A DNA stretch of 64,000 nucleotides from Candidatus Latescibacterota bacterium. Its GTDB lineage: Bacteria > Latescibacterota > UBA2968 > UBA8231. The notes under the pieces were generated by a model. It was not told where the DNA came from and did not search any database. It saw nothing but the letters and a program-made list of their open reading frames with translations. Below are positions 1 through 8,669 of this stretch, one piece after another. The stretch covers positions 3,264,001 to 3,328,000 of the forward strand of contig CBDETK010000013.1 in assembly GCA_965242865.1 (NCBI GenBank), given 5' to 3'. The first letter of the stretch is position 1. Each line of letters starts with the position of its first letter. The position numbers and the translations under genes are program-made.

Positions 1-711
1 CTTCGAGGTATTTGAATCCGAGCGTGTAGATGTAGTAGGCCAACAAGTTGGTGCGGTGAAAGGGGCCGCCGCCGGTCATCACGTACACTTCGCCAAAGGT
101 GCGCAGGGCGGCAATGGTGGCGATGATCGAGACCACGAGGGTGTAGGGTTTGATCGTCGGGATGATGACGTGGTACACGACCTGCCACCAACCCGCGCCA
201 TCGACGCGGGCTGCTTCCTTGAGCTGGGCCGGGATGCCCTGCAAGCCGGCCAAGTAGATGATCATGTAGTACGGCGCGGCCTTCCACACGGTGACCAAGC
301 CCACGGCCAACAGGGCAATCGCCGGCTCGGTCAACCACCCGGCCTTGACCTCCACGCCCAACAGGCCCAACAGCACTTCGGGGACGCCGCGCCCATCGGC
401 CAGCCACGACGGACCGCTGACGCCCAGCCCCTTGAGGAAGGCGTTGAGCAGGCCATCGGCGTTGTAGAGCCACTTCCAGACGATGCCCGCGACGACGATG
501 GAGGTGACGACCGGAATGTAGTACAGGGTGCGAAACACCTTGATCAGCCGCAGGGAGTTGTCGAGCAGGAGCGCCATGAAAAACGAGAGCACGACGAGCG
601 AGGGCACGACGATGCCCGCGTAGAGCAGGGTATTGGCCAAGACCCGCCAAAACAACTCATCGCCCCAAGCGCGGCGAAAATTGTCGAGGCCGACAAAGGT
701 GGGCGGCGAGA
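1..711. repeat. Long direct repeat, copy A (copy B at 19522-20232); runs off the left edge
   Basis: Manual alignment at offset 19521: identical except 9 transitions (106, 254, 346, 361, 377, 437, 557, 655, 704); homology stops after 711. Confidence 0.97.
1..711 (-). pseudogene. 5'-truncated second copy of sugar ABC permease 1
   Basis: Matches 19430-20350 but lacks the first ~118 bp including the start codon; joined out of frame to the AAA ATPase fragment. Confidence 0.9.
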
Positions 712-1058
712 CCAGTCTTTCTCAGGGTCGAGTCGTTCAAAACGTACTCTGCTTCTGAGGCCATCTGACCGAGTATGGCTCGCATAGCCTCGGCCACATC
801 CTCCCGCGCCGACTGACCCGTCTCGACGTTGACGTAAGCACAGCGGAACTCGCCGCTGGCGTTGAGATCGTCCCTCAACGCCAAGAGTGCCGAGGTCTTG
901 CCCGTCTGACGCGGCGCGTGCAGGACGAAGTACTTCCGCTGCTGGATGAGCAGCAGGAGCTCTTCGACATCGAGCCGCGCCAAGGGCGGGAGGTGGTAGT
1001 GCATCGCCGCATTGATGGGACCGGCGGTATTAAAAAAACGCATGGCTGTTGTCGTCAT
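712..1058 (-). pseudogene. N-terminal fragment of an AAA-family ATPase
   Basis: MRFFNTAGP...HAPRQTGKT Walker A; after ~115 aa the frame enters the permease duplicate and stops at 657, with no Walker B. Confidence 0.8.
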
Positions 1059-1080
1059 GAATCGCGACTCCTTGCTGGTC

Positions 1081-4000
1081 TCAATTGAGTCTTAGCTTGT
1101 CGGACACTTCCGCGAGCAGCTCGTTGATTTCTTCCACAGTCTTTGGGTCGGGCGCGGTTTCTCCACCGAACTCAATGCGGACGTTGAACTTGAGGGCATT
1201 GCCGACAGCGGCTTTGGCGAGGTCTGGAATCTGATCGGCCAAATCTTGGATGCCGTTGGCTTCGAGGACATCTTCGGCCATGAGGAGTCCCCGGGGCTTG
1301 GGCACTGGCTCCTCGCGTGCTGTGGAGGGCACTTGGAGGATCACCTGTTGGGCACCGGCCAAGTCGCACGGCCACGCGGCACTATCATTGCTCAACTCGA
1401 TCCAGCGCGCCCGAATGCCATCTTCTATTGCCGACTTCACCGTGGACCACGGCAAGTTGACGCCGTGCTTGGCCGACAGCGCAGTGGCAAGGGCGAGGGC
1501 GTTGGTTTTGCTATCTTTCCAAGCAGCGGGAATCGCCTTGGCCATCAACTCGTCCACGGCAATCCGCTCGGGTGGCGGCCTTAATACGGCAGTGGCGCTG
1601 AGTACGCCAGCAGGGACTGGCTCCTTGAGGATTGAGGCCGGTCCGCTCGTCAACCACACGAGCCCCTGTTCAACGGCTTGTGCGATTGCGGCCTCGACCT
1701 CCGCTGGTTCACATTGCGGGATTGTTAAAATCTCTTCGTAGCCCTCCTTGGGTACGATCACGGTGTGGCCGCCGACGAAATAGTCGCACCCGTCTTGGAC
1801 GCTGATCTCCGCAGCCGACCAAAGCCCGGGGAGTTTTTGATACTCGAGCAAATCGGGCGCGAGGGCACTTAGGGTGGCCGCTTCGGGTAACAGCACCTCC
1901 AGACCTGAGTCCTTGAGGGCTGACTCGTCAATAGCCGTGCGCCAGAATGTCCTAGCAGTGTGGTCGGGGCGCACGACCCGCGCCACCCAAATTCCCTGCT
2001 GAACTCCTTGCACGACCGTATCCAGAATTTCCTTCTGGCGCAGCATTTTGGGCAGTTTGGGGAACTGGGCGAAGGCACCGACCAGATCCTTGACGCGGCG
2101 GGAATGCTCTCCCTCGCGCCACAAGTCGTAGGGGCCGCCCGGCATCATCGCCTCTGAACTGATGGCGGTTTCCTGAATGCGCGCTCGCGGGTCGCCCTTG
2201 ATCGTAGTGAACAAGGGTGCGTCGGTCACCACGATTTTGAAGGCGTGGATTTCATTGCTCTCGTTGACGGTGACCACCACGGAGTACGCTTGCCCGATGG
2301 CCTCCGGGACGCGCTTTCTCGCCGCCTCTGTTTCATGGGCGAGCATTTGTTCGCGAATTGGATCAATCGGCTGGTTCTCGAGTTGGTCGCGGACTTCCTC
2401 CCAACCGAGATACTCCCGCATCCGGGTGTGCGCTGCATCCAGACCGTCCCTAGAGGGAACGGCGAGGACGAGGGCGTTGCGATAGACTCGGGGACGATCC
2501 GGCGCGGTCGTCTCGTCGATGAACCGCTTGGCTTCGGTGCTGGGTTTGCCAGACTCCGAGGCCGCTTGCGGGCCGAGGATGCCGTAGTGGAACGCGCCAT
2601 CGTCCGCGATGTCGCGCGGTCTTTGCGGCAGGTTGTGGACCTTTGCGCCAGCCGCGGACGCACCGGACGTGAGCATCTTCTGTTTCTCAATGGCATTGAC
2701 GATCTGGGATTCCACGAGGGCGGTCGGCACCCGGGTGTTGCAGGCATCGTGGTGCATCTGCCGCAGGTTGGGACGATTGCCCAGCCGCCATGCCTTTCCC
2801 GCGGCGATCTCCACCTCGTCGAGAAACCAAGACAACTCCGTCCAGCGCCGCAGGGCCTTTTCTAGCTCAATTTTGTCTGGATTGGCCGCTCCGATCAGCA
2901 CCATCAATTCCTGAGTCAAAACCTTGTGCCCAATGGGCTGTGAACTCAGAAATACCGCAATGACCGCCTGCTCCATCTGCCGGTGGCTCAGACCAGTTGC
3001 CTCGGACTGAATGGTGTGCGCCTTGGCCAACTCGCCTTCGAGAATCGGCCGCCATGCTTGGTGCTTGCCGGTGCCCGTGTCAACGCTGGCAAAGGACGCA
3101 AGTTCCCCCGCGGCTTCGGCCAAGCCATTCTTTTTCGGCTCGTTCAAAAACACATTCGGCCCGACCAGCGGGCTCGTATCCCACTGCTCGGCATCGCGCA
3201 GGGCCATGGCAAATGTCCGCAGGATGCCGCGGGTGCGCTGGAAGCCGTTGAGTTGGGTCCAGCGGGTGTAAAAAATATCCGTGAGGTCCGGGTGAAAGGG
3301 ATAGCTGCTCAGATAGCGTTCCTCCGCGCTCCCTCGCTCTTTCCGGGTCTGCTCGTCAAGCGCGGCGATGCTGCTCACCACCGCAGTGACGTGCGGGCGG
3401 AAAACGCCCGGATCGCGAATCGATTCCGGTTTGAAAAAACGCCGCCGCAAAACTTCGGACACGTCCTCCTTGCCCACCGGACTGGCGTCCTCTTCCATCT
3501 GGCGGCCAAAGATTTCTGACACCTCGCGCAGCAACTCGTTGCCGAAGTCGTCGTGCTTTCTCGGATCGGAGGCGAGCAGCGAGGCCACCATGGCGCAACG
3601 GTCCACTTTTACGACCGCTTGGGTGAGGTACTGGAAGAAGTTGAGCAAGTGCCCGCGTGCGCCCGGGTCGGTTTCGACCTGAGCGCGGACATACATCAAT
3701 ACCTCGTCGAGCAGCACCAGCGTCGAGAGGTCGTCTTGTTGCGGCTTTGACAGCAGATCCACCATCAGCGGTTCGGCCGGCGGGGTGTCGCGCTCGGCGT
3801 CTTTGCCTTCGGCGTGGATGAGTTTGAGGCCAGCGGCCCCAGCCAGTTGAAAGGCGAGAATGCTCCACGGATGCTTGAGCATCCTGATCGTCCCATCGGG
3901 ACTTGGCGTCTCCACGCCTTTCTCTAGGTCAATTTTGTCAAAGCACAGCGCCGCGACCCGGGCCTTGGGGGCCTTGAAGCCGATATGCGCCTCGAACTCC

Positions 4001-4350
4001 TTTACCGCTGGCAGGTCGGGCAGCGCGGCCGGGTCGTGGACTAGGTGCCTGAGCGCGATGAGCGTATGGGTCTTGCCGCCGCCGTAGTTGACCGCCAGCT
4101 TCCGATACGCCTTGTCGCTCGTGCCGGCCAAGCGCCGGGCCACGTCTTTGACCAGTTCCCGCAGATTGTAGGTGGGATAGGTGAGCGCGAAGAACTCGGC
4201 GGGATGTTCGTACACGGGCCGCTGGCCTTTCTGCATGACCACGTCGTACAGGTCGGCGGCGAACACGGCCAGTGACAGTTCGCCGGTCTTTAGATCGTCG
4301 CGCAGTTGCACGACTTCGTGCCAAGGTTTGTAGGCAGGTTTTGTTGGCAT
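1081..4350 (-). CDS. DUF499-family AAA+ ATPase
   Basis: KPWHEVV..LAVFAADLYDV, Walker A YGGGKTH, Walker B LVLLDE, YPFHP, FQRTRGILR; probable ATG at 4350 after GAGGA. Confidence 0.88.
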   Translation of the reverse strand: MPTKPAYKPWHEVVQLRDDLKTGELSLAVFAADLYDVVMQKGQRPVYEHPAEFFALTYPTYNLRELVKDVARRLAGTSDKAYRKLAVNYGGGKTHTLIALRHLVHDPAALPDLPAVKEFEAHIGFKAPKARVAALCFDKIDLEKGVETPSPDGTIRMLKHPWSILAFQLAGAAGLKLIHAEGKDAERDTPPAEPLMVDLLSKPQQDDLSTLVLLDEVLMYVRAQVETDPGARGHLLNFFQYLTQAVVKVDRCAMVASLLASDPRKHDDFGNELLREVSEIFGRQMEEDASPVGKEDVSEVLRRRFFKPESIRDPGVFRPHVTAVVSSIAALDEQTRKERGSAEERYLSSYPFHPDLTDIFYTRWTQLNGFQRTRGILRTFAMALRDAEQWDTSPLVGPNVFLNEPKKNGLAEAAGELASFASVDTGTGKHQAWRPILEGELAKAHTIQSEATGLSHRQMEQAVIAVFLSSQPIGHKVLTQELMVLIGAANPDKIELEKALRRWTELSWFLDEVEIAAGKAWRLGNRPNLRQMHHDACNTRVPTALVESQIVNAIEKQKMLTSGASAAGAKVHNLPQRPRDIADDGAFHYGILGPQAASESGKPSTEAKRFIDETTAPDRPRVYRNALVLAVPSRDGLDAAHTRMREYLGWEEVRDQLENQPIDPIREQMLAHETEAARKRVPEAIGQAYSVVVTVNESNEIHAFKIVVTDAPLFTTIKGDPRARIQETAISSEAMMPGGPYDLWREGEHSRRVKDLVGAFAQFPKLPKMLRQKEILDTVVQGVQQGIWVARVVRPDHTARTFWRTAIDESALKDSGLEVLLPEAATLSALAPDLLEYQKLPGLWSAAEISVQDGCDYFVGGHTVIVPKEGYEEILTIPQCEPAEVEAAIAQAVEQGLVWLTSGPASILKEPVPAGVLSATAVLRPPPERIAVDELMAKAIPAAWKDSKTNALALATALSAKHGVNLPWSTVKSAIEDGIRARWIELSNDSAAWPCDLAGAQQVILQVPSTAREEPVPKPRGLLMAEDVLEANGIQDLADQIPDLAKAAVGNALKFNVRIEFGGETAPDPKTVEEINELLAEVSDKLRLN

Positions 4351-4375
4351 GTCGTCCTCGTTGGTTCTCCTTACT

Positions 4376-5572
4376 TCAGGCTGTGGTACGGACAGCGGCT
4401 TCAAGACGCTGGGCAAGGGCCTCCGCTTCGTCGTAGTTTTCGGTGAAGGCGAGTGCAGTTTCCATCCATCCAGATTCGTGGAGTCGCCCTAGCCCTTGAT
4501 CTTGCCGCAGTTCCCGCACGTTAGGCAGTTTGGCAACCGGACGGATGATGGCGTCGGAAGTGTCTTCTAGACGACATACTACGGATGTATTCTCGAAGGT
4601 TTTATAGTTCATTACGGTCAACAGGGTTGGCGCATGAGTGGTGGTGAGCACCTGAATACCGTGCTTCGTGGTTTGCCGTTCAATCAAATCCATCAACAAA
4701 TTCAGCCGCACGGGATGAATGCCGTTGTCGATTTCCTCAAAGAAATACAGACCCTTGGGGTTTTCGCCGAGTAGCACAGCCAGCATGGCGAGAAAACGCA
4801 GTGTGCCGTCCGATGCGCTATAGGCCGATACTTTTCTGCCATTTTTTTCGCAGAGCATAAGATGGATTCGACCGCTGGGATCGCGCGGGAACTTGAAGCC
4901 GTCCACATCCATAGGCGTGAGTTCGCTTAACCAATCGGCAAGGGTTTCTTGGCGCGTGGTGTCGGCGCAGATGCCCTCCAGCACTGTCGGTAAATTCTCG
5001 CCAGAGTCGCCCAATATGTTCGCGCCGGGGAAACTAGGCTCTCGCATTCGGTCCGGCGACGGTTCCAAAAAGCGCATATTGGCAAAGAGACGGAAGGTTT
5101 CCCAACAGATGGGATTTCGTTTCTGTATCTGTAATAGGATTGATAGCCCTTCATCTGATAGATTCAACATTGGGGTTTCAAAAACAGTTTCCCCGTTGGA
5201 CGTGAGTTTTTCTTTTAGAAATTGGAATCTACTGCAACCCGCTGGTTCGTATCCAATCTCAACCAAGTAGTACATTTCAGTGTCGTTCAGTTCAAATTCG
5301 ACTTCAAGAGAAAACTGGGGTAGCCCAAAGCGGACTACTTCATTAGCAGCACCGCGGATCGGCTCCCACTCGCGTTGGCCGCCGCCGCCATATTTCCCGC
5401 CGAGAATTTCGGCTAGCGTATAGCCCCGACCAATGCCGTGCAGGAAGCGGAAGGCGTCGCGGATGTTGCTTTTGCCGCTGGCGTTCGCGCCCACGATTAC
5501 GGTGAACGGGCCGACGCGCAGGGTTTCGTCGGCGAAATTCTTGAAATTTACGAGGCGAAGCGATGTAATCAT
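4376..5572 (-). CDS. AAA_21/ABC-type defence-associated ATPase
   Basis: NFKNF, GANASGKSN, SDGTLR, FFEEIDNGIHP, TTH; GGAGG RBS. Confidence 0.88.
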   Translation of the reverse strand: MITSLRLVNFKNFADETLRVGPFTVIVGANASGKSNIRDAFRFLHGIGRGYTLAEILGGKYGGGGQREWEPIRGAANEVVRFGLPQFSLEVEFELNDTEMYYLVEIGYEPAGCSRFQFLKEKLTSNGETVFETPMLNLSDEGLSILLQIQKRNPICWETFRLFANMRFLEPSPDRMREPSFPGANILGDSGENLPTVLEGICADTTRQETLADWLSELTPMDVDGFKFPRDPSGRIHLMLCEKNGRKVSAYSASDGTLRFLAMLAVLLGENPKGLYFFEEIDNGIHPVRLNLLMDLIERQTTKHGIQVLTTTHAPTLLTVMNYKTFENTSVVCRLEDTSDAIIRPVAKLPNVRELRQDQGLGRLHESGWMETALAFTENYDEAEALAQRLEAAVRTTA

Positions 5573-5596
5573 CAGACTTCCTCCTGTTGACTATTT

Positions 5597-5622
5597 TCGT
5601 CGGAACTAGCGTCGCCAAATTC
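5597..5622. repeat. Short relic of the DUF1156 gene 3' end
   Basis: TCGTCGGAACTAGCGTCG at 5597-5614 is identical to 6323-6340 and similar to 8767-8784. Confidence 0.75.
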
Positions 5623-5648
5623 TCGGGCTTACGCTTACTTCCCGTGTG

Positions 5649-5951
5649 TTAGGTCTGCACGGCCTCGCGGTTCTCGAGTGTTGGCAGTGCTCTAATACCC
5701 TCGCCTATTTTCTCTTCAGCAAGCCGCAACTCATAGAGCTTCTGTAAATTCAGCCAAAACTCGGCACTGGTCGCAAAAAAATGAGCCAATCTCAGGGCCG
5801 TATCGCCAGTGATAGCACGTCGCCCGTTGAGGATTTCGGTGATTCGACTCGCGGGGACCTCAAGCTGTCGTGCGAGTGATGCTGCGCTCATGTTGAGCGT
5901 TCTCAACTCCTCGGCGAGATGTTCTCCCGGATGAATTGCAGGTATGGTCAT
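5649..5951 (-). CDS. higA: HigA family antitoxin (Xre HTH)
   Basis: IHPGEHL..RITEILNGRRAITGDTALRLA..FWLNLQ; downstream of toxin. Confidence 0.93.
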   Translation of the reverse strand: MTIPAIHPGEHLAEELRTLNMSAASLARQLEVPASRITEILNGRRAITGDTALRLAHFFATSAEFWLNLQKLYELRLAEEKIGEGIRALPTLENREAVQT

Positions 5952-5962
5952 AACTGTTCTCC

Positions 5963-6247
5963 TCAGTGATAATCCACGATTTCCACGCTCGTTGGCCCTA
6001 AGTGTTCTCGTCGCCACTCAAAGCAGATCCGCCATTGGTCGTTGATACGGATGCTGTACTGGCCTTTTCGATCTCCTCTCAAGGTTTCAAAACGGTTGCC
6101 CGGCAATGCAGCCAGATCCCTGAGTGAAGAAGCCGCCTCCAGTCGGTCAATCTTCAGCCGCGCCGCACGTTCAATACCGGAGAAGGCCCTGACTCGCTTT
6201 CCAGCCGCGAAATCCCTAGTTCGCTTGTCGCGATAGCTAACGATCAT
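5963..6247 (-). CDS. higB: HigB/RelE family toxin
   Basis: PGNRFETLRGDRKGQYSIRINDQWRICFEW..EIVDYH. Confidence 0.95.
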   Translation of the reverse strand: MIVSYRDKRTRDFAAGKRVRAFSGIERAARLKIDRLEAASSLRDLAALPGNRFETLRGDRKGQYSIRINDQWRICFEWRREHLGPTSVEIVDYH

Positions 6248-6256
6248 TACACCTAT

Positions 6257-6356
6257 CCAAATTGAAGTGCTCTCTGCCTCACGGGCCGCGCCGGGTTGCT
6301 CAGGGCTTCGAGAATCGCCCGCTCGTCGGAACTAGCGTCGGCCAATTCGATGAGGC
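6257..6356 (-). pseudogene. Degenerate duplicate of the DUF1156 methyltransferase 3' end
   Basis: Aligns to 8683-8799 (CCAAATTGAAG[T/C]GCTCTCTGCCT; GGTTGCTCAGGGCTTCGAGA; TTCGATGAGG) with a short internal gap; reads LIELADASSDERAILEALSN. Confidence 0.85.
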
Positions 6357-6428
6357 TTTAGGCTCCAGCCAGAAATTCAAACGGTGAACCAGTGGCCGCG
6401 TGGTATAGCAATCCTACATCATTCAAGA

Positions 6429-6456
6429 CTGGATTCCCGCTTTCGCGGGAATGACG
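6429..6456. repeat. dRS3/RPE-4-like palindromic element
   Basis: CTGGATTCCCGCTTTCGCGGGAATGACG fits ATTCCC-N8-GGGAAT exactly. Confidence 0.85.
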
Positions 6457-6520
6457 CTTCATAGGCAAAAAACAGTGCCGATCAACACTCCATGCTTTCG
6501 AGTCATTTAGGACTGCTATA

Positions 6521-8497
6521 TCAGGATGTAGAGCTATCAAATGACTCGATCTCGTCTAATAGTTTCTTGATCCGGCCCTTGTCTTTGCTCTTTTCGAGGT
6601 ATTTTTGGTAGCTTGCTTCTGCGTCGCGGATAAGTTTCTGGTAGGTAATCACGCGGATATGTTTTGCTTCCAAAGCCTTTTCCCACTCTTGTCGGCTTTC
6701 TGCATCCTCCCAATCTCTGAGTTCTTTACCCACCAGACAAACCGCTTCAATTGACCCATCCTCGTCGGCTTCACGTAACTGTTTCCTCAATGCGCTTATG
6801 TACTTAGAAACTTGCTCCATGAGGCTAGGGGTTGAAGTAGAAACAGACCCTTTTTTTAGCTCAATAATTACGTGCTTACCTGACGTCTTCTTGTATCGAA
6901 TATCTGGCCGCCCTCGCTTTTCTTCAACGCTCAACTTGTCGGAAACTTTATCAAAAGCCGTAGTAATCGACTGTTCTAAGGTGGGTGGTGTGTCCGTAGC
7001 CATATCCCACGACGGATCTAGTAGCCAGAGATGGTTATAAATATGATCCTGAATAATCTTTTCTAGCGCATCTTCTGTAATATCTTTTGACAACTTTCTA
7101 ATGACATCTAAGCGGCCCTCAGTGATTTGATAATACCACGATGCTTCTATATCATCTAGCTCGGAAAAGAGCTTTACGGCAGCGTCAAGATTGTTGATGT
7201 CAAGCCGTTCCAATTCATCTAGCTTTTCTTTGTGTCGCAAGTGTTCAAATGCTAAAACCCCATGTTTGTACAGAGTCTTTCTGTGATCTTCGTCTGTTGC
7301 GATTTGGTTAATCCTGCCGAATAATTTTTTGGCGGCGGTTTTAGTATCTCCCCTCAATGACTCATACCATTCCTTAAGCGCGGAAATTTCGCGGGCCTGC
7401 TTCACTCCCTCTTCATCCTTTAACTTTTTTCTTTCGTTTGACAAATGTCTGAGTTCCTGTTCGATGAATTCTCTCAATTGCACAAACCGATCATCGCTTT
7501 GAATAAAATCTTGCCTACTAGACGTGGCAATATCCTCTTTCTCGGTTGAGTCGAGGAAGTCGGCCTCCAACTCGCCTATGACGTACTTTGTATATAGCCC
7601 ACCTTCTCGGAATGAGTCCAAGATGTCTTCCAATGCAACCTTTCCCCTAGCGAGAATGGATATTTTGTTCAGATTATCTGCGCCCTCCTGTAAGGTTCCC
7701 GATTCTTTGACCAAACCAATCCAGCCGCACACAGCATATTGTTTTTGCTCATCTACTGTGTTTTCCTCTTGCTGAACGACATATTTCTTATCGTGTTCAA
7801 ACTTGGACTTGTCGAAATCGCCATAGACCAAGGCGTATTCTAGCTTTCCGAAATAGTTCCTGTCTCCTAGGGTTATCTCGTCATCATTGACGAACACTTG
7901 AAAGTCGGCGGAAATAACCGAAAAGCGGCGAGCCACGCGCTGACGCAGATGGGCGTCTAGGGATGCGTTTACCCGTTTCTTGAGATCGCGCAGAACGATT
8001 GCCGTGCCAGAGTGCCCAAGATTGATTGCCTCCGGCACATCTATGACGGGCGGATGATACATTTTCTTTTCTTCTATTGCTTCTTTGATCTTTTCGACAT
8101 CTAATTCTATTGCCAGAGGATCGGTGCCCTTCTTTTGGGTAAAGACCTGTACTTTCTTCGCAATAGACAAGACAGACAATTTGCCAATGCCCTTTCTCCC
8201 CATAACGGGCCGTCCTTTGCCTGCTGTCTGATCTCCACTTCGTCCGCTCCGGCGTTGATAACCAACGGTTAGAAATTTTTCGCGCATATCTGTATCGTCC
8301 ATCCCACAGCCATCGTCTTTAATGACAATTTGTTTACCGTCACTTTGTTCTTCTACGGATACATCGACCCGAGCGGCGTCGGCGTCCCAAGCATTGGCAA
8401 TCAGCTCAGCGAGGGCGGCGGGAACATTGCTATACAGGTTTAGGCCCAAATGATTGAGCACATTCAAATCAATGTCCAGAGTGTATTCTTCAGTCAT
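6521..8497 (-). CDS. GHKL (HATPase_c_3/MORC-like) ATPase fused to PD-(D/E)XK nuclease; HgiDII/BbrUII-like restriction enzyme
   Basis: LNVLNHLGLNLYSN..ELIANAWDADA, DDGCGM, GRKGIGK; C-terminal WLLDPSW, RPD..IIELKK; AT-rich. Confidence 0.82.
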   Translation of the reverse strand: MTEEYTLDIDLNVLNHLGLNLYSNVPAALAELIANAWDADAARVDVSVEEQSDGKQIVIKDDGCGMDDTDMREKFLTVGYQRRSGRSGDQTAGKGRPVMGRKGIGKLSVLSIAKKVQVFTQKKGTDPLAIELDVEKIKEAIEEKKMYHPPVIDVPEAINLGHSGTAIVLRDLKKRVNASLDAHLRQRVARRFSVISADFQVFVNDDEITLGDRNYFGKLEYALVYGDFDKSKFEHDKKYVVQQEENTVDEQKQYAVCGWIGLVKESGTLQEGADNLNKISILARGKVALEDILDSFREGGLYTKYVIGELEADFLDSTEKEDIATSSRQDFIQSDDRFVQLREFIEQELRHLSNERKKLKDEEGVKQAREISALKEWYESLRGDTKTAAKKLFGRINQIATDEDHRKTLYKHGVLAFEHLRHKEKLDELERLDINNLDAAVKLFSELDDIEASWYYQITEGRLDVIRKLSKDITEDALEKIIQDHIYNHLWLLDPSWDMATDTPPTLEQSITTAFDKVSDKLSVEEKRGRPDIRYKKTSGKHVIIELKKGSVSTSTPSLMEQVSKYISALRKQLREADEDGSIEAVCLVGKELRDWEDAESRQEWEKALEAKHIRVITYQKLIRDAEASYQKYLEKSKDKGRIKKLLDEIESFDSSTS

Positions 8498-8669
8498 TTC
8501 CTTTCTCCTTTCTTCTCAAATGATCGGCCAATGCTACAGAACATATCAAATACTTGTGCGTTTAATTGATTCAGTGATTCACACATGAAATCGCCTCACA
8601 ATCGCTATTGCATCTTTCAATATGACGGCGGCTGTGTCGGCCCAATCTAAGAGGGACGTTAGCACTTTG

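Noticed and set aside
56-787. 243-aa plus-strand ORF and its twin at 19577-20299
   Set aside because: Antisense shadows of the permease; differences between copies are synonymous in the minus-strand frame.
6358-6540. 60-aa ORF containing RHSRESGNP
   Set aside because: That peptide is the translation of the dRS3/RPE-4 palindrome; spurious ORF.
8610-8669. ANVPLRLG on the minus strand as a relic of C5-MTase motif X before the GHKL-nuclease
   Set aside because: Too short and degenerate to distinguish from chance without a profile search.
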